64,000 bases of DNA, taken from the NCBI GenBank assembly GCA_965215575.1, contig OZ244069.1, forward strand, positions 2,293,155-2,357,154, written 5' to 3'. The DNA comes from Alphaproteobacteria bacterium. GTDB taxonomy: Bacteria > Pseudomonadota > Alphaproteobacteria > TMED109. The translations under genes were made by a program, and so were the position numbers. Shown one piece after another: positions 27,822-35,523 of this stretch; within the stretch, counting starts at the first letter, position 1; every line of letters begins with the position of its first letter. The notes beneath the pieces were generated by a model. It saw only the letters and a list, made by a program, of their open reading frames with translations. It ran no database searches and was not told the origin of the DNA.

Positions 27822-28733
27822 TCAGCCTTCTGTGGTGGCCGGGCCGGTCTGAATGGGAAGGTCGGAGTCGGGCGCCCACTCGCCCATTGATCCGTCGTAC
27901 AGGGTGAGGTCGGGGTAACCGAGCTGGTGCAGCATGAAGAGCCCGACGGTCGCGGAGATTCCGCCGCCGCAGTAGGCGACGACGTGCTTGTCCGGGGTGA
28001 CGCCAGACGCCTCGTGCGTTCGCTTTGCGTCTTCCAGGGAAACGAAGGTTCCGTCAGCGGAGTCGAGCAGGTTCGCCGCCGGTACGTTGATGCTTCCCGG
28101 GATGCGACCAGGACGTCCATAGCGGCTCGGCCCCTCACCGAGATGAAACGCGGGCGCGAGCGCGTTCACCATCGTGGAGCCGTCATCGTCCAGTCGGGCC
28201 AATACATGGTCGCGGTCCACAAAAAAACCGGGTTGCGCTCGGGTATCGAACCGGGCGGGCGGATAGCCGCCGGCGACGGCGGACACCGGGCGTCCCTCCG
28301 ACTTCCACTTGGCGAAGCCGCCGTCGAGCACTGCGGCCCCATCGAACCCGAATCCCCGCAACATCCACCAAACCCGAGTCGCCCACATAATGCTGCCGTT
28401 CGAGTAGAGCACCACACGGGATTCATTTTCGATTCCAAGGCGTCCCATGGCTTCGGCGAACTGTTGCTCGGACGGGGCCATGAAGCGGAGCCGCGTGCCG
28501 GAATCCGAGATTTCGCCCTGAATGTCGAGGAACACCGCTCCGGGGATGTGTTCCGCCTGGTACTCGGCGATTCCGGGCACGACCCGGTAGGGCGCTTCGT
28601 CGCCTGGCTCGGCCGGCATGAGCCAAGTGGTGCAGTCCACAATTCGCAGGGCCGGATCCGATAGGTTCGCCTCAAGGGTGTGGGGTTCAATGAGCGCGGC
28701 CGGGTCGCGCCAGTCCTGGAGATCGCTTCGCAC
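27822..28733 (-). CDS. Two-domain rhodanese (thiosulfate/3-mercaptopyruvate sulfurtransferase, SseA-like)
   Basis: GTG start 7 nt after GGAGGG. Contains AEHIPGAVFLD and the active-site loop VVAYCGGGISAT. No signal peptide. Confidence 0.85.
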   Translation of the reverse strand: MRSDLQDWRDPAALIEPHTLEANLSDPALRIVDCTTWLMPAEPGDEAPYRVVPGIAEYQAEHIPGAVFLDIQGEISDSGTRLRFMAPSEQQFAEAMGRLGIENESRVVLYSNGSIMWATRVWWMLRGFGFDGAAVLDGGFAKWKSEGRPVSAVAGGYPPARFDTRAQPGFFVDRDHVLARLDDDGSTMVNALAPAFHLGEGPSRYGRPGRIPGSINVPAANLLDSADGTFVSLEDAKRTHEASGVTPDKHVVAYCGGGISATVGLFMLHQLGYPDLTLYDGSMGEWAPDSDLPIQTGPATTEG

Positions 28734-29181
28734 GGGCTCGACCCTCCGTTCGTCAAGGCCTCAGCGGCACGATGGTATCAGCCTGGGTCCCCGAGATCCC
28801 GACCGCTATGGCGTCCGTGGCGACGCCGGCCGTAGCGCCTAATCGGATGCCGGCGGGTCAATCGCATCGGACTTGGGTGCCGCTGCGGCCAACCGCCCAC
28901 TAGGGTGAACTGCGTTCGCCCGCGATGTTGGAACCGACGGAGAGAGCGCAGTATCCGTGGTGCTCAGGCTGTGGCGCCGAGCCAGACCCGCGCTCGGTTG
29001 TGGCGGCGTGACAAAGGGCTGCGATATGGCCAGCGGGCCGAGTGAATTGCCGCGCGGACGGCCCGGGGGACTGGCGGCCCGGATACTGCCTTGGAGCCTG
29101 GATTTATCGTGGCGCAACCAGGCCGTATCGTGATGGCAGGATCGTCCCTTGGAATGGTGAGCGCTTGAACAGGAATTTCCG

Positions 29182-30057
29182 ATGCCCCGAATCAACCGTG
29201 CGATTGAACTACTGGAGCAGGGTCAGTCGGTGTACTGCGATGCTGTCACCGAGCTGACCTATGACAGCGGCCTGCGTCAGGCCCGCACTTGGGCGGACTA
29301 CCTGACCGTTGACCTTGAACACCACCCGTTCGACATGACCCGGCTCCACGACTTCATGCGCGGTCTTGTCGCCGGCGGACCCACGGCCAGTGGGCATCGA
29401 ACACCGGCGGTGTTCATCACACTGCCGACCGATGGCAGTGGCATCCAGACGGTACAGGCCAACCGGTGGATGACCCAGCAAGCGCTGGCTGCGGGGGTGC
29501 ATGGCCTTCTTCTGTGTCATGCGGAAGCTCCGGAGGCAGTGAAGGTCTTTGTGGAGGGAGCAAGGTATTCCTTTCAAACCCTTGGTGTCGGCAGGCACTT
29601 GGCAGAGGGACGGCGGGGCTCCGGGGGGCAAGGGACCGCCGCTGAAATCTGGGGTACAACGGTGGAGGACTATCTGGAGTCCGCCGATGTCTGGCCGCTC
29701 AACCCGAGCGGTGAACTGATGCTTGGCGTGAAGATCGAGAACCGCCGGGCGCTGGTTCAGGTCGAAGCCAGCGTCGCCGTGCCCGGCATCGCCTTCGCGG
29801 AATGGGGCCCTGGTGACATGGGCATGTCTTACGGCTACCGAGAGGCACATGATCCACCGTATCCGGCAGACATGCTGGCGGCGAGAGACCGGGTCAAGGC
29901 TGCTTGCGACCGGACAGGTATCGCTTTTCTCGAAATCATGCAGCGCGACAACGTGATTGAGCTTATCGATGCCGGCGTGAAAATCGGTGCGACAACCGAA
30001 GAGGTTGCTGCCATCGGGCGCCACCACAGCAGAGGCAGATCAGGATCCAACGGCTGA
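29182..30057 (+). CDS. HpcH/HpaI aldolase/citrate-lyase family protein
   Basis: TVDLEHHPFD, LMLGVKIENRRAL and GIAFAEWGPGDMGMSYG. Its 3' end overlaps the convergent choV by 18 nt. Confidence 0.8.
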   Translation: MPRINRAIELLEQGQSVYCDAVTELTYDSGLRQARTWADYLTVDLEHHPFDMTRLHDFMRGLVAGGPTASGHRTPAVFITLPTDGSGIQTVQANRWMTQQALAAGVHGLLLCHAEAPEAVKVFVEGARYSFQTLGVGRHLAEGRRGSGGQGTAAEIWGTTVEDYLESADVWPLNPSGELMLGVKIENRRALVQVEASVAVPGIAFAEWGPGDMGMSYGYREAHDPPYPADMLAARDRVKAACDRTGIAFLEIMQRDNVIELIDAGVKIGATTEEVAAIGRHHSRGRSGSNG

Positions 30058-31179
30058 CTGGCCGGCAGTGGCACCTTGACTCATCAGGCCGCGGTAAATT
30101 TCGTTGTCGCCGATCACGCCGACCATGCGGCCGTCCTCCATCAGCAGGATCGGCCGGCCGGTGCAGTGCCGGAGTTCGATCGCAGCGCGAATGCGCAGGT
30201 CGGGCGTGGCCGTGCAGATCGTCTCACCGGTAAGCGTCGCGGTATCCATCTCCGGCGTGTAGTGCCGGATCGTCACCGGCGCGGGCTCGATGCTGGCTTC
30301 GTCCGGCTCGCCCTTGTCGTTCAATTTCAGCTTGTTGAGCCCGGACCAGTCGAGTTGCAGCGTGTCACCCTGGCGAGGTACGTCGGCGACCGACGTCATC
30401 AGGGATCGACAGCGCAGCACGTTGAGCGCGTCCATGTGGGCGATGAATTCGGCGACATAGGCGTTGGCCGGATTGAGGACGATGGCCTCGGGCTCGCCGA
30501 ACTGGACGATGCGTCCTGCCTGCATAATCGCGATGTGCTGGCCGAGCTTCAGCGCCTCATTGAGGTCGTGGCTGACGAATAGGATCGTCTTGTTGAGCCG
30601 GCGTTGCAGGTCCAGCAACTCATCCTGCAGATGCTCCCGAATCAGAGGGTCGAGCGCCGAGAACGGTTCATCCATCAGCAGGATGTCGGAATCCGTAGCG
30701 AGCGCGCGGGCGAGGCCGACGCGCTGTTGCATACCCCCGGACAGTTCATGCACGAACCGCTCGCCCCACTGGTCGAGATCGACCAGCTTGAGTTGTTCAC
30801 GGACGATGGCGTCGCGTTCGGCCCGGCCGGCGCCGCGCAGTTCGAGACCGAAACTGACATTCTCATGGACAGTGCGCCACGGCAGGAGGGCGAACTGCTG
30901 AAACACCATGGCGATGCGCTCCGTTCGCATGCGCCTTAGCGTGGCGAAGCCAGAATCAGCCATGTCGAGCGAAGCTTCGCCGACGCGCACCAAGACCTGA
31001 CCACGAGTGACGCGGCAGAGGCCGTTGACGGCACGCAGCAGGGTCGACTTGCCGGAGCCCGATAGGCCCATCAGGACGCAGATCTCGCCCTGCCGGACGG
31101 TGAGCGATGCCCCCGCGACGCCGACGACCGAGCCGGTGGCATCCTGAATTTCTTGCCGGTCGGCGCCGCGGTCGAGCAT
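30040..31179 (-). CDS. choV: Choline/glycine betaine ABC transporter ATP-binding protein with C-terminal CBS pair
   Basis: Walker A GLSGSGKST, signature LSGGMQQRVGLARAL, Walker B ILLMDEPFSALD. The conserved N-terminus continues upstream of ATG 31179 to the choW stop, so the real start is probably non-canonical (ATT 31245 or ATC 31236). Confidence 0.85.
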   Translation of the reverse strand: MLDRGADRQEIQDATGSVVGVAGASLTVRQGEICVLMGLSGSGKSTLLRAVNGLCRVTRGQVLVRVGEASLDMADSGFATLRRMRTERIAMVFQQFALLPWRTVHENVSFGLELRGAGRAERDAIVREQLKLVDLDQWGERFVHELSGGMQQRVGLARALATDSDILLMDEPFSALDPLIREHLQDELLDLQRRLNKTILFVSHDLNEALKLGQHIAIMQAGRIVQFGEPEAIVLNPANAYVAEFIAHMDALNVLRCRSLMTSVADVPRQGDTLQLDWSGLNKLKLNDKGEPDEASIEPAPVTIRHYTPEMDTATLTGETICTATPDLRIRAAIELRHCTGRPILLMEDGRMVGVIGDNEIYRGLMSQGATAGQSAVGS

Positions 31180-31248
31180 ATCCAGGGCAGCCGGTATATC
31201 GCCCCCGAACAGGATGTCGACATCCTTCAGTTCGATCGCGTGAATGGC

Positions 31249-32097
31249 TCAGCCCCGCTGACCGCCGCTGCCGCGCTGCTTGCACATGCGGTCGAGCAGG
31301 ATGGCGACGATGACGATGGCAAGGCCGGCTTCGAAGCCCTTGGCGATGTTGACCGTGTTCAGCGCGCGCAATACCGGAACGCCGAGCCCGGGCGCGCCGA
31401 CCATCGCCGCGATCACGACCATCGATAGACTGAGCATGATGCATTGGGTGACGCCCGCCATGATGGTCGGCATGGCGTGCGGCAGCTCAACTTTCCAAAG
31501 GACCTGGCGCTTCGTCGCCCCGAACGCCTCGCCGGCCTCAACAAGCGGTCGCGGCACACCAGAGACCCCGAGGTGCGTGAGCCGTATCGGCGACGGAATG
31601 GCGAAGATCACGGTCGAGATCAGGCCCGGCACGACGCCCAGCCCGAACATGATCATGGTGGGGATCAGATAGACGAAGGTCGGGATCGTCTGCATTAGGT
31701 CGAGCACGGGGCGGAGGGCGTTGTAGAGCCATGGCCGGTGTGCCGCCGCAATGCCCACGGGCACGCCCACGGCGATGCAGATCACCGTGGAGAACAGGAT
31801 GAGAGTCAGGGTCTGTACCGTGGTCTCCCAGTAGCCGAGATTGATCACCAGCATCAGCAGCAACGCGACCGCGGCGACCAGTTTCCACGACCGGTGCAGC
31901 CAGAATGCGAAGCCGGCAAGCGCCGCCACCATGGCAAGCGAAGGAACAGCCAGCGCTAGGCCGGCCACGCCCTCGATCAAGAATTTCAGGATCTCGGACA
32001 GATAGTCGAAAAACCAGGCCCCGTGGTCGAGCAGAAAGTCCGCAAAGGACTTAATCCACTTACCAAGGGGAATCTTCTGGTCGGTCAACCAGTTCAA
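31249..32097 (-). CDS. choW: Choline/glycine betaine ABC transporter permease
   Basis: MNWLTDQKIPLGKW, multiple TM segments, and an EAA-like loop EAGEAFGATKRQVLWKVELP. TTG is the only in-frame start. Confidence 0.85.
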   Translation of the reverse strand: MNWLTDQKIPLGKWIKSFADFLLDHGAWFFDYLSEILKFLIEGVAGLALAVPSLAMVAALAGFAFWLHRSWKLVAAVALLLMLVINLGYWETTVQTLTLILFSTVICIAVGVPVGIAAAHRPWLYNALRPVLDLMQTIPTFVYLIPTMIMFGLGVVPGLISTVIFAIPSPIRLTHLGVSGVPRPLVEAGEAFGATKRQVLWKVELPHAMPTIMAGVTQCIMLSLSMVVIAAMVGAPGLGVPVLRALNTVNIAKGFEAGLAIVIVAILLDRMCKQRGSGGQRG

Positions 32098-32155
32098 GGA
32101 CTACCCCGCGGCGCTAGCCGCCCCGTCCCGCTACCGGGACGGGGCGGAACCGGTT

Positions 32156-33103
32156 CTAGAGACCTAGGCTCGCGTTCACCGCAGCCATGCCGTCGTCGCC
32201 GCTCGTGGTCATCACTCCAGCGAGCCAGTCTTGGAGGATGGCTGAGTTCTCCTTGAGCCATGCCGCTGCCGCCGCCTGGGGCTCTTCTCCGTCTTCGAGG
32301 ATCGCTGTCATGATCTCGTTTTCCATCGCCAGCGTAAATCTCAGGTTGGTCAGCAGCTTGCCGACGTTCGGGCATTCCTCGACGTACCCCATGCGGGTGT
32401 TGGTGTACACCTCTGCACCGCCGAAATTAGGGCCGAAAATGTCATCGCCGCCGGCGAGGTAGGTCATCTCGAACTTCGCGTTCATCGGATGCGGCTCCCA
32501 CCCCAGGAACACGATCCACTCGTCCCTGCGGTTGGCCCGGTCAACCTGGGTCAGCATGCCTTGCTCGCTCGATTCGACCACTTCGAACCCGTTCAGGCCA
32601 AAGGTGTTGTCGTCGATCATGGCCTGGATCAGCCGGTTGCCGTCATTGCCCGGTTCGATCCCGTAGATCTTGCCCTCAAGTTCAGCGCTGTAATTCGCGA
32701 TGTCGCCGAAACTCTGGATGCCACCGTCGGCCGCTAGCTTGTTGACGGCCAACGTGTACTTCGCCCCGGTCAGGTTCTGTGCCACCACCTCGACCGATCC
32801 TTCGTCCCGGTAGGGCGCGATGTCGGCTTCCATGGTCGGCATCCAGTTGCCGAGGAAGACGTCGATATCGCCATTCTTGAGACTGGTGTAGGTGATCGGC
32901 ACTGAAAGCACCGTAGCTGTCGGCTCGTAGCCGAGGGCCTTGAGGACCACCGAGGTGGCGGCGGTTGTCGCGGTAATGTCGGTCCAGCCGACATCGGAGA
33001 ATCGAACCGTCTGGCACGATTCGGAATCGGCCGCCCAGGAGGCGGACGAAAACAACAGAGCAGAAATCGCTCCCAGCACTGCCATACGCACGCTTTTTGT
33101 CAC
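32156..33103 (-). CDS. choX: Choline ABC transporter substrate-binding protein
   Basis: GTG 33103 lies 8 nt after GGAGGA, with a signal peptide. FSDVGWTDITATTA, LKNGDIDVFLGNWMPTMEADIAPY and IYGIEPGNDGN are near-collinear with Sinorhizobium ChoX as I recall it. Confidence 0.85.
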   Translation of the reverse strand: MTKSVRMAVLGAISALLFSSASWAADSESCQTVRFSDVGWTDITATTAATSVVLKALGYEPTATVLSVPITYTSLKNGDIDVFLGNWMPTMEADIAPYRDEGSVEVVAQNLTGAKYTLAVNKLAADGGIQSFGDIANYSAELEGKIYGIEPGNDGNRLIQAMIDDNTFGLNGFEVVESSEQGMLTQVDRANRRDEWIVFLGWEPHPMNAKFEMTYLAGGDDIFGPNFGGAEVYTNTRMGYVEECPNVGKLLTNLRFTLAMENEIMTAILEDGEEPQAAAAAWLKENSAILQDWLAGVMTTSGDDGMAAVNASLGL

Positions 33104-33214
33104 TGCCTTGTCCTCCGATAGGGTTCTGATGTGCGCCCTCGCGTTGGCACGGCGCTCGCTAGGGCTACCATGACGGCCATATCCCTGCAAGGGCGACAGC
33201 GGCAAAACAACCGG

Positions 33215-34873
33215 ATGAACGCGGGTCAGGAGTTCGATTTTGTCGTGGTTGGGGCCGGGTCCGCGGGATGCGTTCTTGCCAATCGGCTGACCGAGGATGG
33301 ATCGGCACGGGTGCTGCTGATCGAGGCCGGCGGCGCCGATCGAAGCATATTCCTGCAGATGCCGACAGCGCTGGCCATCGCCATGACGCATCCACGGTAC
33401 GGCTGGGACTATTGGACCGAGCCAGAGCCGCACCTGGGCGGCCGGCGACTGCACTGTCCACGTGGCCGGGTGCTCGGCGGCTCCTCTTCGGTGAATGGTA
33501 TGGCTTATGTCCGGGGCAACGCTTTGGACTACCAGGGCTGGGTCGCGGCCGGCGCAACCGGCTGGTCCTATGCCGAGGTGCTGCCGTACTTTCGCAAGGC
33601 CGAGAGCTTCAGCGGTGGCGGCGACGACTACCGCGGTGGCGGGGGCCCTCTACACGTCTCGCGCGGGACCATGGCGAACCCGCTTTACGGCGCCTTCATC
33701 GAAGCCGGCGAACAGGCCGGTTATCCCCGCACCGCTGACATGAATGGCTACCAGCAGGAAGGCTTTGGACCGATGGACATGACGGTCCATCGTGGCCGGC
33801 GCTGGAGTACCGCGAACGCCTATCTGAAGCCGGCGGCGAGGCGGGCCAATTTGGCTGTCGCAACCAATGCGCTGGCGACCCGGCTGCTGCTGGACGGCCG
33901 TCGCGTCAGCGGCGTGGAATACCGGCGGGGTGGGGCGGTCCGAACCGTGCAGGCGCGACGCGAGGTGATCCTGAGCGGCGGACCGGTCAACGCGCCGCAA
34001 CTGTTGATGCTCTCGGGCATCGGTCCAGCTGCACATCTGCGCGAACTCGGCATCGAAGTGGTGCACGACCTTCCGGGCGTCGGTGACAATCTCCAGGACC
34101 ATCTGGAGCTCTATATCCAGCAGGCCTGCACCCAGCCCATCACGCTCTACGCTGCTACTGGGCTGCTGCAAAAGGCCCTGATCGGCATCCGGTGGGTCAC
34201 GTTCAAGTCCGGGCTCGGTGCGACCAATCATTTCGAAACCGGCGGGTTCATTCGCTCAGGTGCGGGCGTCCGCTGGCCCGACATTCAGTATCATTTCCTG
34301 CCGTTGGCGGCCTCATACGACATGCAGCAGCAGATCCGCTGCCACGGCTACCAAGCCCATGCCGGCCCGATGCGCTCGAAGTCGCGCGGCACGGTCCGCT
34401 TGGCGTCGGCCGATCCGCACCAGGTACCGCGGGTCTCCTTCAACTACATGAGCCATGCCGACGACTGGGCGGAAATGCGGGCCTGTGTCCGGCTCACCCG
34501 GGACATATTCGCGCAGCCCGCCTTTGATCCCTATCGGGGCGAGGAACTGGCGCCTGGTGCCGCGGTTCAGAGCGACGCGGAGATCGACGCCTTCGTGCGC
34601 GAGACGGTCCAGAGCGCCTACCATCCCTGCGGCACCTGCAAGATGGGCACGGACGGGATGGCGGTAGTGGATCCGAAGAACCGTGTGCACGGCGTGGACG
34701 GCTTGCGCGTCGTCGACAGCTCGATCATGCCGACGATCACGACTGGCAATCTCAACGCGCCCACGATCATGGTTGCCGAGAAGGCCGCCGATGCGATCCG
34801 CGGTCGCGAGCCCTTGCCTTCGTCGGAAACCCCGGCCTACACAGCGCCCGATTGGGAGACTGCGCAGCGCTAA
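33215..34873 (+). CDS. betA: Choline dehydrogenase (GMC oxidoreductase)
   Basis: FDFVVVGAGSAGCVLANRLTEDG, GGSSSVNGMAYVRG and YHPCGTCKMG. It is divergent from choXWV. Confidence 0.9.
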   Translation: MNAGQEFDFVVVGAGSAGCVLANRLTEDGSARVLLIEAGGADRSIFLQMPTALAIAMTHPRYGWDYWTEPEPHLGGRRLHCPRGRVLGGSSSVNGMAYVRGNALDYQGWVAAGATGWSYAEVLPYFRKAESFSGGGDDYRGGGGPLHVSRGTMANPLYGAFIEAGEQAGYPRTADMNGYQQEGFGPMDMTVHRGRRWSTANAYLKPAARRANLAVATNALATRLLLDGRRVSGVEYRRGGAVRTVQARREVILSGGPVNAPQLLMLSGIGPAAHLRELGIEVVHDLPGVGDNLQDHLELYIQQACTQPITLYAATGLLQKALIGIRWVTFKSGLGATNHFETGGFIRSGAGVRWPDIQYHFLPLAASYDMQQQIRCHGYQAHAGPMRSKSRGTVRLASADPHQVPRVSFNYMSHADDWAEMRACVRLTRDIFAQPAFDPYRGEELAPGAAVQSDAEIDAFVRETVQSAYHPCGTCKMGTDGMAVVDPKNRVHGVDGLRVVDSSIMPTITTGNLNAPTIMVAEKAADAIRGREPLPSSETPAYTAPDWETAQR

Positions 34874-34875
34874 AT

Positions 34876-34925
34876 GGGCAGCTGGGCGCCGTCAGTGGTC
34901 CCTGAGGTTCGCTCTACAGCTGCCC
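34876..34925. terminator. Inverted repeat GGGCAGCTG/CAGCTGCCC between convergent betA and soxG
   Basis: A 9-bp perfect stem (34876-34884 and 34917-34925) with a 32-nt loop. There is no U-tract, so terminator function is only a guess. Confidence 0.3.
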
Positions 34926-34971
34926 GGCCCATTCCTTGAGTCCGCGATAGACCAGGAGGCGCACATCTCAG

Positions 34972-35523
34972 TCATGAGAGCTGAACGTATTCCAGCGCGG
35001 CGTCTCTGAGCCAGTGCGACGTGTACTCGGAGAAACTGCGCGCCACGGTGATTTCGTACAGAAGACCGTCTCCAGGCCGATGCAGCAGGACGGGTGCCTT
35101 CGCGAGCAGGCTGCGGGCGCAGCAACCCGCGCGGAATTGATCCGGGTCGAGGTCCAGCGTCATTCCCTTGGCCAGTACGTCGACCGCCCTCGGACCTGCG
35201 AGCGACAGTGTGACACTGCTGTTGCCGACGATTGCAACCGAGGCGTGGAGTTCGGAGAGGGCGTTCTCGAGCGACTCGGCGATTTTGGTCTCCACGGCTG
35301 CCGGGACTTCGATCACCCACTCATCGGGGCCTAGCCAGAGGATGGCGGCATCGGGCCCTTGGCGACCGGTGTTGGCCGTCGATGGCGGATCCACTCCGAT
35401 GACCTCTTCCACCCCCGCCAAGAATTCGGGGTTTGCGGCATCGCCGCGGAGGTTGATCCGTCCGCGTGGCGGACATTGGGTCAGTGCAACCGCGGGCGCT
35501 TCGGTGGCAGCGGTCTCAGCCAT
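34972..35523 (-). CDS. soxG: Sarcosine oxidase subunit gamma
   Basis: Last gene of the soxBDAG order. ATG 35523 overlaps the soxA stop by 8 nt. Contains INLRGD and ILWLGPDEW. Confidence 0.8.
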   Translation of the reverse strand: MAETAATEAPAVALTQCPPRGRINLRGDAANPEFLAGVEEVIGVDPPSTANTGRQGPDAAILWLGPDEWVIEVPAAVETKIAESLENALSELHASVAIVGNSSVTLSLAGPRAVDVLAKGMTLDLDPDQFRAGCCARSLLAKAPVLLHRPGDGLLYEITVARSFSEYTSHWLRDAALEYVQLS

